Source: a virus (lineage: Duplodnaviria > Caudoviricetes). From it: a stretch of 54,322 nt of DNA. Shown piece after piece: positions 15,227 to 24,111 of the stretch. Position numbers and translations under genes: made by a program. The stretch lies in the IMG/VR virus record IMGVR_UViG_3300020436_002755, positions 1-54,322 of that record; one strand, written 5' to 3'. The stretch's first letter is position 1. Each line of letters begins with the position of its first letter. Below the pieces are notes generated by a model that worked only from the letters and a program-made list of their open reading frames with translations, ran no database searches and was not told the DNA's origin.

Positions 15227-16149
15227 TCGAATAAAACTGATATAGATTCGTCATGATGCACTCTACGAATTGCTTCTGCAAATAGTTTGCTTACAGATAA
15301 AACTTTGATTTTCTTATTATCATATTGAGGTATAGAATCAGTGATGGTCAGCCCACCCATGCTCGATTCGTTGATCGTTTTCATCCCTCCGTTGCTTAAT
15401 ACGCCATGTGTTATATACGCTTGCACTTCTTCCGCTCCATTTTTCAAAAGAGCATCGGCGGCTTTGACTAATGTTCCACCTGTATCCACTATATCGTCTG
15501 CTATTATGCATTGTTTTCCTTTGACGTTTCCGATTACGTTCATTGCTTCACTTTCATTCGCTTTATCTCTGCGTTTGTCAATGATAGCAATGTCCAGATT
15601 GAGTTCTTTTGCAATAGATCTTGCTCTTGGAACACCACCTGCATCAGGTGATACAATCAATGCATTTCCATTACTCACCATTGGTCGTTTCATTAAATCT
15701 TTGGCGAACAAAGGTTTAGACCTCAAGTCATCTACAGGAATATTAAAGAATCCTTGTATCTGACCAGCATGTAAATCCATAGTCATTACTCTGTCAGCAC
15801 CAGATATCTGAATCATATCTGCTACTAATTTTGCGGAAATTGGTGTTCTAGCGGCGGGTTTTCTATCTTGTCTAGCGTAACCATAATAAGGCATGATAGC
15901 CGTAATACGACCTGCACTTGCTCTTTTACATGCATCAATGAGAATCAACAATTCCATGAGATTGTCATTTGCAGGATTACAAGTGCTTTGTATAATGAAA
16001 ACATCCTCACCACGTATGTTTTGACTGATTTCGCAAAATATTTCCCCATCTGCGAATCTTTGTAGTCTTCTTTCTGTGAGGGCAATGCCTGCATGGTTAG
16101 AAATATGATTTGCAAGCAGTTTATTAGAATTACCAGATAATAAAATCAT
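15223..16149 (-). CDS. prs: Ribose-phosphate pyrophosphokinase (PRPP synthase)
   Basis: FADGE, PYYGYARQDRK, DLHAGQIQGFFNIPVD, SPDAGG, DDIVDTGGT. Confidence 0.97.
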   Translation of the reverse strand: MILLSGNSNKLLANHISNHAGIALTERRLQRFADGEIFCEISQNIRGEDVFIIQSTCNPANDNLMELLILIDACKRASAGRITAIMPYYGYARQDRKPAARTPISAKLVADMIQISGADRVMTMDLHAGQIQGFFNIPVDDLRSKPLFAKDLMKRPMVSNGNALIVSPDAGGVPRARSIAKELNLDIAIIDKRRDKANESEAMNVIGNVKGKQCIIADDIVDTGGTLVKAADALLKNGAEEVQAYITHGVLSNGGMKTINESSMGGLTITDSIPQYDNKKIKVLSVSKLFAEAIRRVHHDESISVLFE

Positions 16150-17025
16150 TTAATAACTCTGTTGTAATCTCCATAGTAGGTACTCATATGAAGATATTGG
16201 TTCATATTTATCAGGTTCTTTTGTTAAATTTTTGACAATCGTATCTTTGTTTGGACCGACAAAGTACGGCATAGAATATCTTGATTGATCAAGAACATTC
16301 ATCACTCTATGAGGTGTAGAAACGTATCTATCATTTGTCCATCTCTGAAACATGTCAGCAATATTCACTACTACGCTATTTTCTATTACTGGCACTTCAA
16401 TCCACTCACCATCAATGGTTTTGACAAATAGACCACCACAATCTTGAAAACGAAATAGCATAGTGAATGTATCATAATCTGTATGCTCATTACCTCTCAT
16501 TTGTTTGTCTTCTACAGGACCTTCATACTTTGGATAGTGTATTATTCTCGCAGTAGTCGTACCGTAAAGATGTTTTTCAACAAGATATCCATATGGTAAT
16601 CCTAATGCAAACTCAAATCTTTCTAAAAACTTGAAAGACAAATAACGCATTATACGTTCAATCTTCTCTGCTTGTGTGCGAAACAATGTTATCTCAGTAG
16701 GCCAGTATTTGTCATCCATATCATACGGAGCCTTCCAGTTGTATGCTTCTTTGAGATCACCAGGTCTGTCTGGATGTAACCATTCAGACTCCATCTCAGA
16801 ATAACCTAAGTTCTGTTGAACACCTGAATATTTGTATTTGTTTTTAACTTCTAAAGGTAGGTCAAAAAACTCTTTGATGAGATGTTCCCATACTATAAAG
16901 TCAGTTGTATATTGTTCATATACATTTGTGACAATAGCGAAACCTATTTCTTTAAATGCCGTATCTAACTTGCGAGATACGGCAATATCCATTTCACTAA
17001 AATCAATTATCGGTATTTTGGTCAT
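16150..17025 (-). CDS. 2-oxoglutarate/Fe(II) dioxygenase, isopenicillin-N-synthase/DIOX family
   Basis: IPIIDFS, GDLKE, HTDY (HxD), NIADMFQRWTND..STPHRV, RYS. Confidence 0.92.
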   Translation of the reverse strand: MTKIPIIDFSEMDIAVSRKLDTAFKEIGFAIVTNVYEQYTTDFIVWEHLIKEFFDLPLEVKNKYKYSGVQQNLGYSEMESEWLHPDRPGDLKEAYNWKAPYDMDDKYWPTEITLFRTQAEKIERIMRYLSFKFLERFEFALGLPYGYLVEKHLYGTTTARIIHYPKYEGPVEDKQMRGNEHTDYDTFTMLFRFQDCGGLFVKTIDGEWIEVPVIENSVVVNIADMFQRWTNDRYVSTPHRVMNVLDQSRYSMPYFVGPNKDTIVKNLTKEPDKYEPISSYEYLLWRLQQSY

Positions 17026-18053
17026 ACTGCTTCAGGATAGCGGTGTGCCTTAAAGCACGAATTATGTTTGCCAGTAATAAACTTATTTAGAGGTTCAGGA
17101 TATTCTGCAAAGTCAGGTATTACATACTCCCATACTGTCTCACCTTCTGGTGTTACCTCAAAGATTCTGCCAAATGCACTTTCACATATCATCGTATTAT
17201 CATTCCACAATCTCTGTACGCTACCCATGTATGGTGAGAAAAATGCTGGTGGCATCTCATCAGCATACGACCATACTAATTCTTTAGTCTTTATATCATA
17301 TTCTACGATACGTGAATGATGTATAGATGATGGACGAATGTTACCATTATCAAAACAGATTAGCGTTCCGTCAGGTGTGATAGATGGGTCATGTTGTTGT
17401 GCTACAAGAGGATACTTCAACTCCCACTCTATGCTCTTCGTTTCTTTATTGACTGCAATGATACCAGATGTTGTTCGCAAACTTAAATATACTAATTTAC
17501 CATGCTGATACACACCATTTATCATCGGCCAATGATCATCATTAAAACACTCATGTATCGGCCAGTCTTCTTGTTTTAGATGCTCCCATGCTCTCCATTC
17601 CCATACGACTTCACCTTTACGATTTACTTCTCGCACAATATCTGATTGTTTGTCCCACTTTCTTACTGGTACATCTGCGGCGGCCGCATATAAGATGTGA
17701 CCATTTGGTAGCCATTGTGCATCATGGTGATGATACATGTCTTCATATTCCCAGACAACATCACCACCTGGTGTCACTTCCATAAAATGACCACCATGCC
17801 AGATATCCCAAGCAGGATACAGGTGTGCAGATCGTTCATTACTTCCATTGTATCCGAGATTACCATGGTTAAGAATGACTGCATCTCTGCCTGGGCGAAT
17901 CGGTAGATTCCATTCGTGTTCAACATCACCATGCATGTTGATCAACACTACACGACCATTTCCTGTCTGCGGTGCAAAGAGTGTAAAACCTCCTGCACTC
18001 TTCTCTTCGTTGTAATATGTTACATCTAATTTTCTTCGTTCAATTGTTGTCAT
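17022..18053 (-). CDS. Arylsulfotransferase (ASST)-like beta-propeller protein
   Basis: HHHDAQWLPNG, repeated GEVVWEW blades, WPMINGV, AQQHDP, FDNG, FFSPYMGSVQRL. Confidence 0.8.
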   Translation of the reverse strand: MTTIERRKLDVTYYNEEKSAGGFTLFAPQTGNGRVVLINMHGDVEHEWNLPIRPGRDAVILNHGNLGYNGSNERSAHLYPAWDIWHGGHFMEVTPGGDVVWEYEDMYHHHDAQWLPNGHILYAAAADVPVRKWDKQSDIVREVNRKGEVVWEWRAWEHLKQEDWPIHECFNDDHWPMINGVYQHGKLVYLSLRTTSGIIAVNKETKSIEWELKYPLVAQQHDPSITPDGTLICFDNGNIRPSSIHHSRIVEYDIKTKELVWSYADEMPPAFFSPYMGSVQRLWNDNTMICESAFGRIFEVTPEGETVWEYVIPDFAEYPEPLNKFITGKHNSCFKAHRYPEAV

Positions 18054-18811
18054 ATCATTGCACTTTCATGCCACTTTCGCATTAATAAATGTCCGATTGT
18101 TGATACTGTCATGAAGAATAGAAACCCTAACGTGGTTGCTGACAATATCAAAGCCATAACTAATGGTGTCTCTAACTCTGCTTGTGCGTATATAATTTGC
18201 ACACCAAGCCCACCATCTTCACTACCCGAACCTATTATAAACTCACCAACGATTGCACCTATGACTGATAGCCCTGCTGATATTCTCATACCTGCTATGA
18301 TATTAGGTATGGCGGCAGGGAATCTCAACTTAAAGAATGATACCATCTTTGATGCTTTATGCATATCAAATAACTCTACAAGATTTATAGATGTAGATTT
18401 GAGCCCTAGTAATGTATTGTTGATGATAGGAAATAAAGATATAATCAAACTAATTATGATGACTGATCTCTCCTCAAACCCAAACCATAATACAATTAAT
18501 GGAGCAACTGCAACTACTGGTACGGTTTGTAATAGAATAGCATAAGGATATAGACTACGCTCAAGCATTTTAGATAGACTCATAGTTGTCGCTACTAAAA
18601 TACCTATTGTGATTGCAAGAAGATATCCTATTAATGCTTCTCTAAAAGTAATAATAGCACCTTGAAGTATAATTGTAAAGTCATTTATGAATGCTTTTGC
18701 AACTGTCATCGGCCCTGGCAAAAGAAAAACTAAATCATATATTTTTGCACCGACTGACCAGACTGCAAGAAATAAAACGAGAACAAGTATTGGTGGCAAT
18801 ATATTTTTCAT
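18050..18811 (-). CDS. ABC transporter permease, NitT/TauT family
   Basis: LLQTVPVVAVAPLIVLWFG; EAA-like region; VIGAIVGEF. Confidence 0.93.
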   Translation of the reverse strand: MKNILPPILVLVLFLAVWSVGAKIYDLVFLLPGPMTVAKAFINDFTIILQGAIITFREALIGYLLAITIGILVATTMSLSKMLERSLYPYAILLQTVPVVAVAPLIVLWFGFEERSVIIISLIISLFPIINNTLLGLKSTSINLVELFDMHKASKMVSFFKLRFPAAIPNIIAGMRISAGLSVIGAIVGEFIIGSGSEDGGLGVQIIYAQAELETPLVMALILSATTLGFLFFMTVSTIGHLLMRKWHESAMI

Positions 18812-19152
18812 TGTACTCCACCAATAAAGACTTGAAAATTATTTCCATATGAAATCACACAATATGATTCATATGTTGGATGATATTCAATAATAGTATA
18901 AGTTCCTGATTCAGGATTTACATACATGTCAATTGAGACTACTACTGGTTTTTTTGCAAGTCCTGTTTCATTTCTTACTTTTGTAAATTGATTAGCCTTA
19001 AAAATTAAATCTTCTTTTTTATCTCTAATTGCTCTGAATGTCTCTTGTTCGTCTGCACATATTATTGGTTTGTCATTCCATTCACCTGCTGATACACAAA
19101 CTGTTGCGAATAAACACAATATAACAGAGAATATTTTTTTTGTTATTTCCAT
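18808..19152 (-). CDS. Secreted hypothetical phage protein inserted in the ABC operon
   Basis: Signal peptide; KPIIC...YVNPESGTYTIIE...CVISYG pattern. Confidence 0.65.
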   Translation of the reverse strand: MEITKKIFSVILCLFATVCVSAGEWNDKPIICADEQETFRAIRDKKEDLIFKANQFTKVRNETGLAKKPVVVSIDMYVNPESGTYTIIEYHPTYESYCVISYGNNFQVFIGGVQ

Positions 19153-19859
19153 GTTCTCAACTTTCCAGATATGTCATTGACTATCTTAGTGAATGTTGCT
19201 TTTGATCGTAATGATTGATTTCTTTTCTTGAATGGTATATCAACGACATGCGTAATCTCACCTGGTCGTGGCGACATTACAATCACTTTATTGGAAAGAT
19301 ACACGGCTTCTGCTACATTGTGTGTCACTAATATAGCGGTAAATTTGTCTTGATTCCAGAGTTCGTGTATTTCTTCTTGTAGAACTTCTCTTGTGAGTTC
19401 ATCTACTGCGGATAGGGGTTCGTCAAGAAGCAGAAAGTCAGGTTTAAGCACCAATGATCTCGCTAATGAAAGTCTCATCTTCATGCCACCAGATAGTTGA
19501 TGAGGATAACTTTTCTCAAATCCAGTTAGCCCGACTTGCTCTAATGCTTTTTCTGCTCTGATTTGACGTTCTATTTTGTCAATCTTCTCTAATTCCATGA
19601 GAAGTTCAACATTCTTCTGCACTGTTCTCCATGGAAGCAATGCAGAATCTTGAAAGACAAAGGCACCGCTTGTGTCTTGTTTATTCACGATGCCCTCTGA
19701 AGGAGTCACTAAACCTGCAATTATTCTCAATAATGTAGATTTACCACAACCTGAAGGTCCAACAATAGTTACAAATTCACCCTTGCTAATACTAAAATCA
19801 ATCTTTGATAGAGCATGAACATCATCAAAGTGTTTAGTGACTCCTTGTATGTCAATCAT
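19143..19859 (-). CDS. ABC transporter ATP-binding protein, NitT/TauT family
   Basis: Walker A GPSGCGKST, signature LSGGM, Walker B LLLDEP, VTH switch. Confidence 0.96.
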   Translation of the reverse strand: MIDIQGVTKHFDDVHALSKIDFSISKGEFVTIVGPSGCGKSTLLRIIAGLVTPSEGIVNKQDTSGAFVFQDSALLPWRTVQKNVELLMELEKIDKIERQIRAEKALEQVGLTGFEKSYPHQLSGGMKMRLSLARSLVLKPDFLLLDEPLSAVDELTREVLQEEIHELWNQDKFTAILVTHNVAEAVYLSNKVIVMSPRPGEITHVVDIPFKKRNQSLRSKATFTKIVNDISGKLRTWK

Positions 19860-19865
19860 GATATA

Positions 19866-20801
19866 TTACTTGAAACAACCCTTCTTAAATGAGGTATCAT
19901 ATGACGAATGTGGATCAAAATCAGCAGGCAATACATTCACCTCTTTCATTTGATTTGCAAGTTCTACCCATCTATTAGGATCTTGACAACCAATCTTACT
20001 CCAGTCTTTAGGAAGAAAATCTCTCTTCATAAGTTCCAAAGCATTATTATGAATTTCAGCATTCACTTTCTTACTCTTTGAGAGAATAAAATCTCTTGTT
20101 GGTTTTGGATCAATAAGAGATTTAGGAAATGAAATGCTCAACCTATCAACTACTGCCTGTACGAGTTCAGGATTTTCTTTGATAAGTTTATCAGTTGTGA
20201 ATAATACACTATATGGTCTGTATCCAAGACTCTCTACAGTAATTTGTTCATTAGCAACACCTTTCGCATCAAGTCTTGCTGGCAGAAAAAGTGAATAACC
20301 TTGCTGAAATTGTTGTGGAGTTCTTGCGAACAATCCAAGATCACCAGTTAAAGGAAATTCTTTTACTGCATTCAACTGATATGTGTGTTTCACCCACTTC
20401 CAATATGTCACACCCATCTTAACTGCAAATGGTCTCCCATCAAGATCTTTAACAGAATTGACACCTGTGTTTGGATGAAATACAAGAGTGTAAGGTACAT
20501 GATTAAGACTCACAAAAATACCTTTGAGCCCTGCACCTTTTGCATTAGCCAACATCACACTATCGGATGCTTGTAGTCCAAACTCAACTGAACCAGCCGC
20601 CACTTGTGCGGTTGTATTGACTTTAGGACCACCTGATTTGATTACGATTTTCACATCGTCATGATACTCATTATCGAACTGGGCTTGCCAGTATCCACTC
20701 TGATTTCCTTGTGGAAACCAGTCCATGAGTAAAGTTACTTCTTTTGCATAAGAAGCACCAGCCAAAAGAATGACTGAAAATAACGCAATTAATTTTTTCA
20801 T
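19866..20801 (-). CDS. ABC substrate-binding protein, NMT1/THI5-like
   Basis: Signal peptide; DWFPQGNQSGYWQA, GGPKVN, YRPYSVLFTT. Confidence 0.85.
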   Translation of the reverse strand: MKKLIALFSVILLAGASYAKEVTLLMDWFPQGNQSGYWQAQFDNEYHDDVKIVIKSGGPKVNTTAQVAAGSVEFGLQASDSVMLANAKGAGLKGIFVSLNHVPYTLVFHPNTGVNSVKDLDGRPFAVKMGVTYWKWVKHTYQLNAVKEFPLTGDLGLFARTPQQFQQGYSLFLPARLDAKGVANEQITVESLGYRPYSVLFTTDKLIKENPELVQAVVDRLSISFPKSLIDPKPTRDFILSKSKKVNAEIHNNALELMKRDFLPKDWSKIGCQDPNRWVELANQMKEVNVLPADFDPHSSYDTSFKKGCFK

Positions 20802-20809
20802 TACAACTC

Positions 20810-21880
20810 CTATTTAACAGGGAAAGGTGATGTTACACCCTTCACAAAAAATTGCATGGTTTCTAATTCAGGTCTCTTAATCACACCAGCAGGAATTTTA
20901 CCTCCATCCTGTTGTGTTACTCCTTCTGAAAAAGGATACCATGTATCAAGTTCATCGTTGATCCAATTCATTTTTACTGTCTCAACTTTATTCACAACTT
21001 CACCAGGTACATTTTTACCCCACGGTGATAGACCAACACAATTCTTCTCAATACCCCAATTCCATCTCTGACCTGTAGTAAGTTTTCCTTGACTATAAAG
21101 ATCAGCAATGTGCTTGTACAATACATTCCAATTAAACATCATACCTGTAATGTAACTATTAGGACCGAACTGTCCCATTGGTGCATCATTACCCATGCTC
21201 CATACACCATCAGTTTTCTCTGCAAGAGTAACTACAGATGGCGAATCAGTTGTGGTAAAGAGAATGTCATTACCCTGATCTACAAGAACTTTGGCGGCTT
21301 CCATATCTTTGGGTGGATCAAACCATGAGTTAATCCACACGATCTCAACTTCAATGTCAGGATTTACAGATTGAGCACCAATAGTTAATGCGTTGATGTT
21401 ACGAATAATCTCTGGAATTGGGTGCGAACCTACAACACCAATCTTATTCGTCTTCGTCATCATACCGGCGGCAATACCTGTTAGATAACGTGCTTGAAAG
21501 GAATGACAAACATAATTATCAAGATTCTTGTCATTACCTTTGTACCCTGTGGCATGTAAGAAGAATGTCTTCTTATTTTTTTCAGCGGCCCTTACCATAG
21601 GCTCCATGAATCCAAATGATGTACCGAAAACAATATCATGTTTTCTTGCGAGTTTCTTGAAAACTCTTTCACTATCTGCTTCAGGAACAGACTCTACACC
21701 CTCAACTTTATAACCATGTTTTTCTAGAGAGTGAAACCCTTGATGATGTCTCATCGACCAACCTCCATCATTTGATGGACCTACAAGAACAAATCCGATT
21801 GAAACATCTTTTGCATAGGCATAGCCTAGCATAGTCGTACTCAGGACGAGTACGCTGAGGAACGATACCAACTTATTCAT
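20810..21880 (-). CDS. BMP-family (purine nucleoside-type) ABC substrate-binding protein
   Basis: GFVLVGPSNDGGWS..H, FGTSFGF, RYLTGIAAG, WINSWFDPPK; start at MNKLVS (21880) after GGAG SD. Confidence 0.9.
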   Translation of the reverse strand: MNKLVSFLSVLVLSTTMLGYAYAKDVSIGFVLVGPSNDGGWSMRHHQGFHSLEKHGYKVEGVESVPEADSERVFKKLARKHDIVFGTSFGFMEPMVRAAEKNKKTFFLHATGYKGNDKNLDNYVCHSFQARYLTGIAAGMMTKTNKIGVVGSHPIPEIIRNINALTIGAQSVNPDIEVEIVWINSWFDPPKDMEAAKVLVDQGNDILFTTTDSPSVVTLAEKTDGVWSMGNDAPMGQFGPNSYITGMMFNWNVLYKHIADLYSQGKLTTGQRWNWGIEKNCVGLSPWGKNVPGEVVNKVETVKMNWINDELDTWYPFSEGVTQQDGGKIPAGVIKRPELETMQFFVKGVTSPFPVK

Positions 21881-21882
21881 AT

Positions 21883-21927
21883 TCTCCTTCCGAGAAAGCA
21901 AAGCGGTAAGTCTTCCACCTCACCGCT
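21883..21927 (-). promoter_or_regulatory. Structured leader: terminator-like hairpin plus SD-sequestering hairpin
   Basis: Minus strand AGCGGTGAG-N8-CTTACCGCT-TTGCTTT, then TTCTC-GGAAG-GAGAA covering the SD. Confidence 0.45.
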
Positions 21928-21939
21928 AATAATTAATAA

Positions 21940-22167
21940 TTAGGCACTTGGTTTAGAATAAATGCCCCACAATACCCAAACGGCAACTAATCCAACGAGT
22001 CCTTCGCTTCCGAGTTGCTTCACGATTCCTACTACAGAACCCACTACATCAAGACCAATAAATGGTACGGCGGCTCCGAATAGGATTTGTAGCACCACTC
22101 CGAGTGCTATAAGTGCTAAACCGATTTCTGTGATGGACCTGATCCATCCAAGAATTTTATCTATCAT
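21940..22167 (-). CDS. Small membrane protein
   Basis: 75 aa, mostly hydrophobic; AAGGAG SD. Confidence 0.75.
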   Translation of the reverse strand: MIDKILGWIRSITEIGLALIALGVVLQILFGAAVPFIGLDVVGSVVGIVKQLGSEGLVGLVAVWVLWGIYSKPSA

Positions 22168-22179
22168 TTTTTCTCCTTG

Positions 22180-22653
22180 TTAAACTGGCGAATTCCACCA
22201 ACCCTCCCACGGAAACATAATCCAAGTGTCAGTAGAATCCTTTGCCATTTCATTGACATAATATGTTGGCTCAAAGTCACATTCATTGTTCCACCATAGA
22301 CTCGCAAATCTCACATCAACTGGCAACTCCAGTGGTGAATTTTTGCGAGGACCTTTAATGAAACCTTGCATTCTTTGAAATGTTTCTCCCGAGTCACATA
22401 TATCATCAACAATTAAAACCCTTTCATCGGTGGGTTTCGGCAAATAGTCTTCCCATTCAGGAAAATCTCTTAATGACGATTTAACAGGTTTAAACGGTTT
22501 CTTGAACCAATGAGATAACATAACACCAGGGGTAAGACCACCTCTGGATAATCCAACAATCACATTTGGGTCGAATTTGTCAAGAACAATGTCTCTTGCA
22601 AGTACATTTACATCCCTTCTCATTTCTTCCCAACTATACCATAATTTATTCAT
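22180..22653 (-). CDS. Purine phosphoribosyltransferase (Gpt/Hpt-like)
   Basis: YSWEE, GLSRGG, VLIVDDICDSGET, WIMFPWE. Confidence 0.88.
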   Translation of the reverse strand: MNKLWYSWEEMRRDVNVLARDIVLDKFDPNVIVGLSRGGLTPGVMLSHWFKKPFKPVKSSLRDFPEWEDYLPKPTDERVLIVDDICDSGETFQRMQGFIKGPRKNSPLELPVDVRFASLWWNNECDFEPTYYVNEMAKDSTDTWIMFPWEGWWNSPV

Positions 22654-22661
22654 GATAATCC

Positions 22662-23030
22662 TTAATCGACTTGTATATCTCTCGTTATATCTTTAATTTT
22701 TTCGATTTGTTTTGTAATGATTTCGTCACGTTTAGGCCAGTAAATATAATCTTTATCTGGATTTTTCATCAAATTATACAATAGAGGTAAAATAAGTTTC
22801 TCTACTTTAAGCATATCTTCCACATACTTTTCTTCAAGATACTCTTTTTTGTAATTGATTTCGTTGATAGCGGAATCTATCTTTTTTTCTAGATTGGAGA
22901 GTGATTCTGATTTTGCTTCGACTTCTACAATTTTCTTTTCGACCTCAGTCGTTTTTGCTTTGTATTCTTCATCATCTACCGCAGAAAAACCAAAATCAAA
23001 ATCTGCGTATTCTTCAGGTATTGTTGCCAT
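22662..23030 (-). CDS. Conserved T4-like phage hypothetical protein
   Basis: DFDFGFSAVDDEE ... ILPLLYNLMKNPDKDYIYWP.R pattern recurrent in T4-like phages. Confidence 0.7.
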   Translation of the reverse strand: MATIPEEYADFDFGFSAVDDEEYKAKTTEVEKKIVEVEAKSESLSNLEKKIDSAINEINYKKEYLEEKYVEDMLKVEKLILPLLYNLMKNPDKDYIYWPKRDEIITKQIEKIKDITRDIQVD

Positions 23031-23586
23031 AGGCGTGTCCGTACTTTGCTATGTAATAACTATCAACTATGTCTGTGATAGGATTATTTAGTTTAATGTT
23101 AAATTCGTCTAATAGGTTTCTATTAGTCTCATCAGTGAATGCATCATACATTTTTTCTTTGTTAGCATTACCTTTGGTTGTAGCGTATTTTTTAATAACG
23201 GTGGGTGCAATCATCTCGTATTTGATTCCCCATTTTGTGAGTGTGTCTTTGAGTATTGCCATATTCTCTGCTATGTGAAATACTCTACCAGTGGCGGCAT
23301 ATGCGTAGTCTTCTATATATGCTTTCGGTCTTTCTGGGCTTATTGCCGTAATGGAACAGTCAATCACCCAGTTTGCAAGACCGTGATACCTCTGCAAATC
23401 AGTTTCCCAAGCAGGATATATGTCAGTTTTTACGCTCCGAATCTCGGCCCATTTTGATCGTTGTCGTTCATTACTCGCCAAACAAAAATGAGTACAAGAA
23501 CCAAAACTATAATTCCACTTATCGTTTCCATTGTATAATGTTATTGCAGGACTGGTTAGTGAATAATCAATCCCAATTATCTTCAT
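23014..23586 (-). CDS. RuvC-like (RNase H-fold) Holliday junction resolvase
   Basis: IIGIDYSLTSP, IEDY, PTVIKKYATTKGNANKEKM, DIVDSY. Confidence 0.8.
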   Translation of the reverse strand: MKIIGIDYSLTSPAITLYNGNDKWNYSFGSCTHFCLASNERQRSKWAEIRSVKTDIYPAWETDLQRYHGLANWVIDCSITAISPERPKAYIEDYAYAATGRVFHIAENMAILKDTLTKWGIKYEMIAPTVIKKYATTKGNANKEKMYDAFTDETNRNLLDEFNIKLNNPITDIVDSYYIAKYGHAYGNNT

Positions 23587-23713
23587 CTTCTTCTGGTGTT
23601 TCTACGTAGGCACCGCAAAAAGGACAGTGTGATGGCGTTCTATGACTGGTCCATGTAACTATGTAATGCTCACCACACTCTATGCAATCGAAATCCTTTT
23701 CAATCTCGTTCAT
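23567..23713 (-). CDS. Small zinc-ribbon protein (48 aa)
   Basis: Not in track: MNEIEKDFDCIECGEHYIVTWTSHRTPSHCPFCGAYVETPEEDEDNWD; two CxxC motifs; fills the gap between neighbours. Confidence 0.75.
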   Translation of the reverse strand: MNEIEKDFDCIECGEHYIVTWTSHRTPSHCPFCGAYVETPEEDEDNWD

Positions 23714-23945
23714 TTGCAGGTTTCTCCAACTCCCTGTATCTTCTTAATAAGTGATAACAATGTTTAAGTCCGTCAGAATAACATTTAAGTCGTTCTGGCA
23801 TGACCAAGTGATTAAGGTCTGGTTTAGGGTTTCTTCTTACTTTTTCTCGTAAGTTAGAAACCCTTTTCATTTCATCTTCAACTTCATCCATGATCTCCGC
23901 TAGGAGATTATCCGCATAGTGTTCTGGAACCATTGACATATCCAT
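23700..23945 (-). CDS. Hypothetical protein
   Basis: 81-aa ORF in coupled run. Confidence 0.6.
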   Translation of the reverse strand: MDMSMVPEHYADNLLAEIMDEVEDEMKRVSNLREKVRRNPKPDLNHLVMPERLKCYSDGLKHCYHLLRRYRELEKPANERD

Positions 23946-24111
23946 CGTATTCAGCCTTATAATGATGTAATTTTTCTCGCAATTCTTTTATCTTCATTGC
24001 ATTATATAGATGTGATGGTACCACAAGTTCTTCTGTGAGTAAATCTTCATAATATTTGATAGTCTGATGCAATTCATCTTTCTCAGTCAATGCATCTGAC
24101 AATACTCGCAT
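23908..24111 (-). CDS. Hypothetical protein
   Basis: 67-aa ORF, TAATG-coupled to nrdJ. Confidence 0.6.
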   Translation of the reverse strand: MRVLSDALTEKDELHQTIKYYEDLLTEELVVPSHLYNAMKIKELREKLHHYKAEYDGYVNGSRTLCG

